This document shows, piece after piece, positions 1 to 10,449 of a stretch of DNA of 55,377 bases. The notes under the pieces are model-generated. The model worked only from the letters and a program-made list of their open reading frames with translations, did no database searches and was not told where the DNA came from. Numbering within the stretch: the stretch's first letter is position 1; each line of letters begins with the position of its first letter. The translations under genes and the position numbers were made by a program. This DNA is from Octopus bimaculoides. Taxonomy: Eukaryota. The stretch is taken from assembly GCF_001194135.2 (NCBI RefSeq), contig NC_068998.1, positions 21,263,541-21,318,917 of the forward strand, given 5' to 3'.

Positions 1-120
1 TATATATATATATATATATGCATATATGTATGTATATATGTATGTATGTATATGTGTAATGTGTATGTGTGAGTGCGTGCTGCGCGTGTGTATATGTGTG
101 TGTGCGTGAGTGTGTATGTG
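1..120. repeat. Compound (TA)n/(TG)n microsatellite
   Basis: Direct reading: TATATA/TGTGTG runs. Confidence 0.9.
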
Positions 121-460
121 TGTGTAACATTTCCTCTATGTTCGTCTTTCTCACTCACTCGCTCTCAGTCCTTGTTCCTCTATTTCACGCCATTGAAATA
201 TATTGCTGAGTAGAAATAGACAACAGACACAACAGTCACATACATACGTACGCCATACCATAAAGCTATTTTGGTAACGTCTAATGACGGAAGAATTTTC
301 AACTAATGATTAGAAAATCAAAGTTAATGAAGTGAAGAGACAAATCTATAACCTGCACACACATATATAGTAATACACACTTGAAAAACCAGAAACACAC
401 GCGTTATGTGACATTGATGCATACATATATACACATAATGTACAAATATTCTTAAAGCAG

Positions 461-520
<60 letters not shown>
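461..520. repeat. (ATCT)n tetranucleotide microsatellite
   Basis: About 15 perfect ATCT units. Confidence 0.95.
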
Positions 521-521
<1 letters not shown>

Positions 522-653
522 AATACACTCACGGACGTACGCACACACACATACACATACACACACACGTATATCTATATATATACATATATATGCATAT
601 ATATATATATATATATATACTTACATATATATATGGATATATATATGGATATA

Positions 654-1059
654 NNNNNNNNNNNNNNNNNNNNNNNNNNNNNNNNNNNNNNNNNNNNNNN
701 NNNNNNNNNNNNNNNNNNNNNNNNNNNNNNNNNNNNNNNNNNNNNNNNNNNNNNNNNNNNNNNNNNNNNNNNNNNNNNNNNNNNNNNNNNNNNNNNNNNN
801 NNNNNNNNNNNNNNNNNNNNNNNNNNNNNNNNNNNNNNNNNNNNNNNNNNNNNNNNNNNNNNNNNNNNNNNNNNNNNNNNNNNNNNNNNNNNNNNNNNNN
901 NNNNNNNNNNNNNNNNNNNNNNNNNNNNNNNNNNNNNNNNNNNNNNNNNNNNNNNNNNNNNNNNNNNNNNNNNNNNNNNNNNNNNNNNNNNNNNNNNNNN
1001 NNNNNNNNNNNNNNNNNNNNNNNNNNNNNNNNNNNNNNNNNNNNNNNNNNNNNNNNNNN
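654..1059. other. Assembly gap (N run). Other gaps: 14704-15136, 15702-15769, 24737-25619, 27661-28298, 31766-31798, 41612-41634, 51789-51798
   Basis: N characters; most gaps abut (TA)n tracts. Confidence 0.99.
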
Positions 1060-1205
1060 CATAGACAAGCAGATATATATAGACACATACATATAGCTAG
1101 TTATTAACTGTTTCTTTTTAGAACAAAGGAGCAAGCCATCTTACCAAGAATCAATCGTGAAATATCTTTAGGAATTAAATGTTGAGTGAGTTAGAACATA
1201 TAATA

Positions 1206-1248
<43 letters not shown>

Positions 1249-1295
1249 GATTCGCGTGTGAACGATAATGTCTTTTATAATCTTAATATTGTATA

Positions 1296-1354
1296 GGCAC
1301 AGACGTAGCTGTGTGGTGAGAGGCTTGCTTCCTAACCACATGGTTCCAGGTTCT
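1296..1354 (+). mobile_element. tRNA-derived SINE, 5' head fragment
   Basis: GGCACAGACGTAGCTGTGTGGTGAG...CACATGGTTCCAGGTTC has A/B-box-like motifs and matches the head at 55038. Confidence 0.6.
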
Positions 1355-1600
1355 GTACAAATCCATAGCTTCAGTGGGATATATCACTAAAATATAGTTT
1401 TTACGACTGGAACGTCTTGGTTCATAGATTGAAATTACTAAATATCAAAACCACCATTACCACTCCATCCTCAGGAACAATAACAACTAAACTAATAGCA
1501 ACATCAGCATTCTGATTCGATACGATTTTCATATAATGGTAAAGATATAAAAGGTACCAGATTCATTTTCCATAACCACAACGTCTTTATGAACAAGATA

Positions 1601-2927
1601 CAGGGTGGGACAGAGAGAACGGAGTTTTTGAAATGACTATTCTTCAGCCCCAGTCGGAGGAATGTATGTCTGATAGATACCATTTTGTCCGTGGTATCTT
1701 AGCATTTTGTTTTCTTTTCAGATAAAGCCATGGCACTGTGGACGGTAGAGCATCACGTGTTTGCCTACCACAGCTATGTGAAGAATAGCGAGTCTGTCAC
1801 AGTAGTTCAGCGTGTTTTGGCGCCACTTCAACGTTCACCGAAATCAGGCTGTTCCTATCCGTAATACAGTCTTAAGTTGGGTGAATGCATTTCGTACAGT
1901 AACGAACAGAAGACCGGTGGGGATGCCATGAACGGTACGGACCCCACAAAGTGTGGGACGCGTTAGACAAGCTTTGGTACGGAGTCCGAATCGGTTTGCT
2001 CGGAGGTATTCCACTGGATTAGGCATCGGTAATCGGTTAGTAAGGCGTATTTTGCATGAAGATCTGCATTTCTACCCGTACACATTGATCATCGGGCAAC
2101 AGTTGAAAACATGGGGCTATGAACAGTGGCTTAACTTCGCACGTCAGATGGAAGCAATTTTTTAGGCAAATGACAACCTCATTTTGTTAATCAGTGATGA
2201 AGCTCATTTTCATCTCAATGGCATAGTGAATAACCAGAACTGTCGTTAATAGGATCTTGAAAATTCGAGAGAACTGCACGAAAGACCACTGCACAGCTCA
2301 AAAGTGAAAGTCTGGTGTGCTGTTGGAAAAGATGCCGTTATTGGACCTTACTGTTTTTGGAGACAATAATGGAAACGCTTTTACTGTGAACTCTGAGCGT
2401 TACATCGAGATGATAAACAACTTCGAGCCTGAATTACAACGAAAACGTATGTCTATTCGACGTGTGTGGTTTCAGCAGGATGGGGCGATGGCCCACACAA
2501 CCAGCGCACCAATGGACGTTCTTCGCCTTCTCTTCGGTGACCGCCTCATTTCCAGATTCTCTGACATGCCTTGCCATCCGCTTGGTCCCTTCATTTGTCC
2601 ATGTGTGATAATTTCTTGTAGGGAAACCTCAAGGCACATGTGTATGCGCATACGGCCCGTACATTGAACGATTTGAACGAAGCTATTCGCGTGGAAGCGC
2701 CCAAATAAACAGAGCAATACTGGAAAGAGTGGAGGCCAACGTCCAAGAACGCCTTCAGAAATGCATCAATGAAAACGGACACCACATGCTGGATGTCGTT
2801 TTCCACACTTAATTTTGACAAATACTAATTCAATACGAACACATTGATATCAATAAAATTTGTATGTAACTAAAATTAATGATTTTGTGAATTTATCAAA
2901 AACGTCCATCTCCTCTGTCCCACCCTG
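1601..2927 (+). mobile_element. Full-length decayed Tc1/mariner element, rosa (DD41D)-like
   Basis: TIRs CAGGGTGGGACAGAG at both ends; TA duplication at 1599-1600 and 2928-2929; 1327 bp; transposase motifs SDEAHF, WFQQDGA and a frameshifted SPDLxxCD-like motif. Confidence 0.9.
1730..2812 (+). pseudogene. Transposase pseudogene (DD41D/rosa type) with stops and frameshifts
   Basis: ATG at 1730 (MALWTVEHHVFAY...), RRILHEDLHFYPY, LISDEAHFHLNG, VWFQQDGAMAHT, ending ...NGHHMLDVVFHT* at 2812. About 41 residues lie between the second and third Asp after frameshift correction. Confidence 0.8.
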
Positions 2928-3916
2928 TACTTAAAGCCAGCTATATCATGACCGAATACCATATACAATTCAGCGGGCGAGTTTCTATGCTGCTGACCGA
3001 CTTGCTAGATGCAGCAGCAAAATGTTTTCCGTGATCTTAACAAATAAAGGTTAATATAGTCCTAGAAACACTATACCAGTTGTATTAAAGATAAATAGAG
3101 AGGATATTAATGCAAGAGCGCGTTTGATAACTGGCCTACCGAATAAAGTAGAGCAAAACAAAGACAGCTTGAATGAATAAGGAAATAAGCAGATGCGTTC
3201 CGAAATCAAATGGAAATATATCTTTATAAAAGGACATTTGGCAGTTGTTTGGTTTAAGGAAAACCCATAGCAATGTTTGAACATGATGAAAACTTTTAAT
3301 TTATGATTTTGTCGTACGTGTGTATGTTTAATAAAACAAAACAAGGCATGATCTTCTATATATATTTTCTCAACCTTTTTAACAGTTTACTTTTTACGTA
3401 AAAAGAGATCATTTCTAAAGAGGAGTATCGATAATTTTTATAGGATTTCTATTATGTAGAAAAAAAAATTCAGAACTTCTGTTAGATAGGTACCAGTGCA
3501 CTAGACTATATACGTTAATGAGATATTTTTCTCTATATTCTATTTTAAATTGCCTTTTATAATGTCTCATATATTTTACATAGGAAATATCAGTTGTTAT
3601 TATCTTATCCAACGGAACGATTCTTAACCCCACACAACTTTAAATTTGTGAGTGTAACGAATTAAGCAGGTATCACGGTAATGATATTGCGAATTAAAGC
3701 CAACATAGTTTTCATGACTTTTGCATTAAGATCAAATATACCAGAAGACTCTTTTCTTGGATGAGAGAATTCAATTTATGGAAACTTAGTATGAAGGAAA
3801 AGCGTTACAAAGTAAATGTATGCATTTCACAAGAAATATATACACTTCACATTCATGGAAAATTCACCTGAACGGATTTTTCACGGGGAAGGAAATAATC
3901 TAACCTTGGAGTTACT

Positions 3917-4095
3917 GTTCTATATTTTTGAGATGAGGAAAGCTGTACATTATTTACATTATTTACATTGGACGGATATCTGTCGTCATCGTGTTTGTTG
4001 TTACCATAACGTTTCGGTTGAATTACTCTTCAGCCTTCATCAGGTGTCCTTGTAGAATTTTGAACTCAATCCTGGGTTCTCATTCCTAAGGTATT
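3917..4095 (-). mobile_element. Short interspersed repeat with a hammerhead-like motif (Penelope/retrozyme-like), copy 1
   Basis: Reverse complement aligns with 4262-4410 at roughly 85% identity by eye. Confidence 0.75.
4008..4043 (-). ncRNA. Minimal type-I hammerhead ribozyme motif (degenerate)
   Basis: Minus strand: CTGATGA-A-GGCTG(10 nt)CAACC-GAAA-CGTT. Stem II has one C:A mismatch; palindromic ACGT for helix III; putative GUU cleavage triplet. Confidence 0.55.
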
Positions 4096-4107
4096 GCTTC
4101 TCATTCC

Positions 4108-4254
4108 TAACGAATTAAACAGATAACACGGTAATGATATTGTGAGTTAAAGCCAACATAGTTTTCATGAGTTTTGCATTAAGATTAAATATACCAGAAG
4201 ATCGAATCTCTCTCTTTTTTGGGGGGATAAGAAAATTTAATTTATGGAAACTTA
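4108..4254 (+). repeat. Direct duplicate of 3655-3788
   Basis: Both begin TAACGAATTAA, share ACGGTAATGATATTG...AAAGCCAACATAGTTTTCATGA...AAATATACCAGAAGA and end TTTATGGAAACTTA; about 90% identical by eye. Confidence 0.9.
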
Positions 4255-4261
4255 ATAATAA

Positions 4262-4410
4262 CATCAGCAAAAATACCTTAGAATGAGAACCCAGCGTGGG
4301 GTTCAAAATTTTACCAGGACATCTGATGAAGGCTGGGGAGTAAATCAGCCGAAACGTTGTGATAACAACAAACAAGATGACACACTTATCCGTCTAATGT
4401 AAATAATGTA
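4262..4410 (+). mobile_element. Short interspersed repeat with a hammerhead-like motif, copy 2 (inverted relative to copy 1)
   Basis: AATACCTTAGAATGAGAACCCAG...CTGATGAAGGCTG...CAGCCGAAACGTTG...TGTAAATAATGTA. Confidence 0.75.
4323..4358 (+). ncRNA. Minimal type-I hammerhead ribozyme motif
   Basis: CTGATGA (4323-4329), A, stem II GGCTG/CAGCC (4331-35/4346-50), GAAA (4351-54), CGTT. Short stem I CAT/GTG. Confidence 0.65.
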
Positions 4411-4659
4411 CTTGTAGTTATTTGTTCTTCGGAGAGAGATTATAACAGGAAATGTGTCGCTGAGAGCATATTACGTTTAAGAAAAGAATAAATAAAAGAA
4501 GCGAATAGGGAAATGTGGTGAGAGGTGGTGTAAATAATGTGAATGCGCGACGATGCAGCAAAGACATGAAGCGTGAAGGGGAGAAGGATGAATTTCCAAC
4601 AAAACCTTGTTCAATTTAACGAGAAACGGATGACATAAATGGATTGGCTGGGTCAAGTA

Positions 4660-4877
4660 CGAGAGGGTGCTGAAATGTTCTTGGCTTTAGGCAAAAAAAA
4701 AAATACAGGAGGATCAGTTAATTATGATTTTATTCAACATATTTCCCTCTCATGTTCACATGCTTAATGCAGTGGTCGTTCAGTTTTTCTAAGCCCCGTA
4801 AAAAACTCGGAAGTTTAGGCCTATAATCACGTCTTTCGTGATACCCTTAAAAGTAGGAAGTTTTCAGCACCCACTAG
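4660..4877. mobile_element. Mariner-derived MITE (218 bp)
   Basis: Imperfect TIRs CGAGAGGGTGCTGAAA / TTTTCAGCACCCACTAG; TA at 4658-59 and 4878-79; no coding capacity. Confidence 0.75.
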
Positions 4878-4959
4878 TACATAACAATTCCTACGTTATC
4901 GACTATTCGTTGTGCAACGAAAGGAGGATCTCGTAGAAGAATTCGAAAATTCTTTCAGC

Positions 4960-5300
4960 AGTTTGTAACATTCAGCTCAAATTTGACGACGGCTATATTT
5001 TTGATAACTATCTAACACACAACACTACTACATCCTCAATTCTTTGCATGAACATATTTACTCGTGGTTCAATAACGAGGAGCTTTACGATAACCCCTAT
5101 CACTATTTTTGCTAAGAAAGGATGTAATCAAATACGTATTATTCTTACATGGATTTTCGTTCTTTGTTTATGATCGTTTATAATTCCCTTAACGAAGTAG
5201 AAAAGCTCATTAACAGATTAGAAAACCGCTTTCTCACAGCATTCGACAGGAGGATTATTATTATCGGTTGAACAAGTTTAGTGGATTAATCGTATTTATT
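4960..5300 (+). pseudogene. Possible very decayed Penelope-like RT remnant
   Basis: Frameshifted DDGYIF...ILNSLHEHI resembles the YVDDIF...LNSxHPxIKFT region of Penelope-like (PLE) RT. Weak. Confidence 0.25.
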
Positions 5301-5698
5301 TTATCCATTCTAGCAAATTATTCTTGCTCGGGATTTGACATTCGAATGAAAAATGAGTAACTAATTACAGCAAAGTATTTAGCCCAGTAATTGGCCATTT
5401 CTGCAAATACAACATCCTAAAGTAAATTACAACGTTAATACTCCTAAACTAAGTACCAATTATTGTCAGTTTCTCATCCAATATTTGACTTGCTATTGTG
5501 TTGAGGTATGTAAGGAAAATTTGAGACGGGTATAGAGCTTTCGTGATGTAAATAGAACATTTGACCAAAGCCGGATTTTAACCTACAACATAAGGAGGCA
5601 TGGCTAAATATCTGAAAGAAATTAATCCGGCACTTAATCGTTTTTCTCACCCCGTTATAATACAGGTTATATACAGTAATAATATATTTCTGGCCTGC

Positions 5699-5855
5699 AA
5701 GGCAGTGAGCTGGCAGAAACATTTGCACGCCGGCAAAAATGCTTAACGGCATTTCAACTGTCTTTACTTTCTGAGTTCAAATACCGCAGAGATTGACTTT
5801 GGCTTTCCTCCCTTGAAATTGCTGTCCATGTGTCAAAATTTGAAACCAATATATT
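5699..5855 (+). mobile_element. tRNA-derived SINE (AAGGCGGCGAGCTGGCAG family)
   Basis: AAGGCAGTGAGCTGGCAGAAAC...CTGAGTTCAAATACCGC; matches the reverse complement of copies at 7030, 33450, 47461, 50355 and 50563. Confidence 0.8.
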
Positions 5856-6544
5856 TCTTGCTTGTGCATAATGCTCTATAATTCTTCGTTCGCTAATATA
5901 ATACTTTTTAATCCTCAAACACGACTTTTATTATTATTGGGTAATTGGTAAATTTATTGCATTTATAATTTAAACTTGAATACTCTTCATACTGGCCTAA
6001 GTATTAATTTTTATGCAAAATTTGCATAAAATTTAGAAAAATTTTAGAAAACCACAGCGAATTAAGAGGTGACGTTCAAATCCATTAATAGATTTGATCT
6101 ACTCTGAAATGATAAAAATGCTGATGAATTAGACAATGAATGACGAGATGATTCCTTCCCATATCCATTGAAAATATAAGCAAGAAATGCACAAATGTTA
6201 CACTATCTCCCTGTTCATACATGTCACACAATCCTAAATGTTATCTAAGTGAGAAGTGGTGTAATCTTAGAAACATTTATCATATATAAGGCGACCACAT
6301 ATAACCGATTTGTATCTTGATTCATTGCTTCTATGTCCAGTTTGGTATATAGCCGAAACTATTGCAGCTAATGATCGAAAAGCGTTCGTAAAATTTAATT
6401 AAGTAAAATAAAATAATAAATTTTTTTTTTTACCAGTTTGTTTTAACAAGTTTCTGTAGGATTATTCAGGCGACCTTTGTCAATGTGATATATATTAAGC
6501 GAGGAATTGCAACAAGAACAAAAATAATCTTTTTCCTAAGAAAC

Positions 6545-6587
6545 CATTTTGCCCGGCGAGCTAAAGATTCTGCTAACTCACTGCCCT
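6545..6587 (-). mobile_element. SINE head fragment (same family as 5699)
   Basis: Reverse complement reads GGGCAGTGAGTTAGCAGAATCTTTAGCTCGCCGGGCAAAATG. Confidence 0.6.
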
Positions 6588-6655
6588 AATAATAAATAAT
6601 AATAATAAATAATGATAATAATAATAATGATGATGATAATAACAACAACAACAAC

Positions 6656-6703
<48 letters not shown>
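6588..6703. repeat. (AAT)n/(AAC)n/(GAT)n microsatellite
   Basis: Direct reading. Confidence 0.95.
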
Positions 6704-6704
<1 letters not shown>

Positions 6705-7020
6705 GTGGAAAGATAAACATAAGCAATCCTCTTAAATAAAAGTTAGCTTGACTATAGAAAATGAAGATGATAATGGTGCCAATTATTGTTGGGTCCTTGG
6801 GGACAGTATCAGAAGTCATCAAGAGTAATATAGAGAAAATAGGAATAAAGTGCTCAGTAGAGCTGTTACAAAAGTTTTGCCACCTTTATACGGTTAGAAT
6901 CATCAGGAAAGTATTAGATAATTGAAAAGAACAGGTAGCGTGGTGTGATAGGCTGCATGTAGCAAGGCCGCAGCATATGCAAGACTCCATAAGCTTCAAC
7001 AGAAGCTGTGTTAAAAGATA
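6704..7020 (+). mobile_element. R4/Dong-like non-LTR retrotransposon, 3'-terminal fragment
   Basis: Encodes MVPIIVGSLGTVSEVIKSNIEKIGIKCSVELLQK...RIIRKVLDN*; clearly homologous to 49500-49750; flanked by TAA repeats. Confidence 0.8.
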
Positions 7021-7029
7021 AATAATAAT

Positions 7030-7177
7030 ACTTTCTAGTATAAGCATAAGGCGTGAAATTTTGGTTGAGGGAATAGTCGATTATATCGACATCAGTATTC
7101 AGCTGATGTTGACGTAACCGAACGACATGCCACTAAGCATTTTATTCGACGTACTAACGATTCTGCCATCTCGCTGA
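7030..7177 (-). mobile_element. tRNA-derived SINE, internally deleted
   Basis: CTTTCTAGTATAAGCATAAGGCGTGAAATTTTGG...CTAACGATTCTGCCATCTCGC; same family as 47461 and 50563. Confidence 0.75.
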
Positions 7178-7544
7178 TTTAATAAAATAAGACGAGTGTA
7201 TTGTGATTGAAATACGTTCACACAGAAAGCTACAGAGGAACACAATTTTCCTCAAATATTAAAGATTATAAAAGTTAGTATTGTAAAATACATTCAAATA
7301 TTGATCATGTCTGTAGTGAAATATTGCCTTCAAGATGTGGTTCGTTATCGTTTTATTTCGTAGTGCATCAAATATTTATTTTGATTATGTGACAGAATTA
7401 GCTGATGCGTCTCTCAAGTGTAACATTCTAATGGCTACTAACTCAAGCAAGGTGAATCGCCATGAATGTTTTAACCTTTCAACAATTTCAGTTTACCTAG
7501 TTGCATTCTCTGCTCAGTGGTCAAGATTTGCTGCGCTAAGTTGA

Positions 7545-7720
7545 ATTTCTTTCCTTGAATAGCCGTCCGTGGTAGAATAATTTCATATCTGAGAGTGTAA
7601 GGGAACATCTATGCAGTCACTGGATATGCTAGAAATATCAGCAAAATGCTATCATATCAGATTTTATGTCTTAAAAAGGCAGGACACATTAGATAATCTA
7701 GTTCTATTCTGTATGATTGT
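7545..7720. repeat. Unclassified interspersed repeat fragment
   Basis: GATATGCTAGAAATATCAGC...AAAAAGGCAGGACACATTAGATAAT; a related GTGCTAGAAATAGCAGC piece occurs near 10010. Confidence 0.35.
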
Positions 7721-7727
7721 TATGTTT

Positions 7728-7820
7728 GGAATAGGTTTGATCACCGGAATATGTTTGTGATCATTGGAATATGTTTGTGATCATTGGAATATGTTTGTGA
7801 TCATTGGAATATGTTTGTGA
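7728..7820 (+). repeat. 20-bp minisatellite, about 4.5 copies
   Basis: Unit TCATTGGAATATGTTTGTGA at 7741, 7761, 7781 and 7801, plus a partial upstream copy. Confidence 0.95.
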
Positions 7821-8339
7821 GGCTATCAGAAATAGCCTATTAGCAACAGAGACATGAGATAAATACGGCTTCTGTGTATCGCTATGAGTCTCAAAAGGAA
7901 ATACCTTCAACCTAACTCACGACAACCATTGTCTAACATGCATGATGTTCTCACTGTTTCTATATCATCACAGTTACGATGGACATTTTTGTTAGGTACA
8001 AGCTAGTTGCATACAACCAGCAGGACCCCACACACAAGCACACACACACGAACACGCACACGCACACACAAAGGCACTCACATTTGCACACACAAACATA
8101 TACTTATATAATTTCTTGAGTTTATTGGAAGCTGCTTCTTCATCCATCTTCGTATGACGATTGGCAATGGAAAGGTCCTTTCTGCTCCAATAAATTATCT
8201 CATTTTAGAAACGGTCGATGTTTTAGAATTCAAACTTCTTCACAGCGCATGTCACAAGTGTTTTGTATCTGTGTTGACCTGTTACTCATATTTTGCTATC
8301 TCCTAATATAATAATGAACGTAGTGATTTTGTATATATC

Positions 8340-8380
<41 letters not shown>

Positions 8381-10449
8381 TTGTTCGGAATCACCCGAAC
8401 GCGGAGGGGAAGAGAAAATAGTAATTCAGTGAAGAAGTAGTGAAAGTAATAGCCCTAACTGAGAGGGAGTGAGAGAAAGTAATAGCAATAAGAGAAAGGA
8501 AGGGGTGAAAAAAATCAGTTGTTTCAACTCTGTGTGCGTGTATGTGTGTATGGGTTTGCGTGTACAAGGGAAGTATGCACATGTTTGTATGTGTGATTAT
8601 TATGTACTTTTTTGTACCTCATTTACATATAAAATGCTACAATTATCCGTCGTTATTGGTCAGCTAGTTAATAAAGAGTTTATAGCGAATCTACGAATTT
8701 TCTTATTCTATAAAGGATTGAGTGACTAATTGATATATTTCTATCTACGCTGGTTCATGTTCTGTATTGTATTGTGCTACAATGGCTCCTTTTTATGAAG
8801 ACATGGTCAAACGAGAGGAAAGTAAGTAAAGTACTTGCATGGACGATGTAGCAGTTTGAGATGTGAACTTTATAACTTACAATAAAATATTTATATTACA
8901 TTGTGTAGAGTATGTTTCCTAGCTTGCAGATATTTAGTTCTATATTTATGAGAAGGTTTATATCTTCTGCGTTCTTCAGAATATTTCTAATGATACTTTG
9001 TGGTTAGATGTAACACGCATGTGTATCGTCCTTCTTTTGAGTTAAAAAAAAAAAAATTGCTCGTTATCCTTTCAAGAATGAGATTGCATTTATATCACTA
9101 GCAGAACCCCCCCCCCCCGGTGGGGTTTTCTCTTAGTCAAACCTAGAGTGTGTGCGTGTGTGTTTATATTAGAGTGTGTGTGAGAGTGTGTGTAAGTGTG
9201 CGTGTGTGTGTGAGTGAGTGAGAGGGAGAGAGAGAAAGAGGGGAGAATGAACATTGAAAACAATCAATGAAATAAACATTATCCGCATTCTTTGGGTTGA
9301 GGCCTCTGAAATGCCAAATTTCCGTCAAAAATTCCTATTTATTTACTTTTGTTTTAAAGTGAAAGAGAGGAGAAAGTGAAAGATTTATGTCCGTCTATAT
9401 GAAATGTACGTGTGTATGTGTGTGTGTGTGTAATTGTGTGTGTGTGAGAGAAAGAGAGAGAGCGAGTGAGTGCTATTTAGATACCAGTCTCTCTCTGTCT
9501 TACACACACACACACACAAATACATACGAAAAATATGTATGCATATGCATTTATGTATGTACGTATACATGAAAACATACCCCTTCACACACACACACAC
9601 TCTCTCTCTCTCTCTCTCTCTCTCTCCCACACACACACACAAACGCACAAGCATAAATATATGTATAGACACGTATATACAAAGACACACATGTGTGTAT
9701 GTGGCTGACCACAAGCACACGGAGGTAAACACGGAGTGCAAAAAGTAAATAAATTAAATTTATTTTACGAAAATTAATGAAGTGTGCGGGTTCAAACGAA
9801 AGGCTGCCAAACTATTTTGTGCCGAATATTTAAATTTGTGAACTTGAAATATTCAATAATAAAAGGAAATTCAGAAAGTAAATTTTCCTGAAAATTTCGA
9901 TTTATAAAAAAATCTCACTTGCTTAGTAAATGTTTCTTCCAGTAAATTATCGTAATTGTAATATATCTGTAATTTAAAGAAACGTCAAGGTAGCCCTACT
10001 ACGTTTAGTGTGCTAGAAATAGCAGCGATCATATATTTATTATTGTAAGGCTTATAGCGTTCCAAACAGCCATACGAACAAAAACACTTCTTAATCTTTA
10101 TTTTTTAAAATTATATCGGTATACTATATCATGGAACCCTCAAAGTTACAGCTCTTTTTGTCTAATAGCATTCATTCACTGAATAAGTAATTTTTTTTTA
10201 CATTATGTATATAGAATAAACTGTGGATTTTGCAAATAGCGAATTAAAATCTGAAATGAAAACATTGAAATTAATATATATTAAATTATTATTAGTGAAC
10301 ATAGAGGCTAAAGAGAGTGAGAGACTGCTGCAAAAGAAAACGGAAAATTTCACCTGTGACGAGCTAATATAGTGAAAGCAACGAATATTTATTTTAGTGA
10401 AAAACTTCCAGTTTAAATATTCAATAAAAAAAAATCTTGGAACATGAAT

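Noticed and set aside
7728-7820. Regularly spaced repeats resembling a CRISPR array
   Set aside because: Head-to-tail units with no spacers, in a eukaryotic context.
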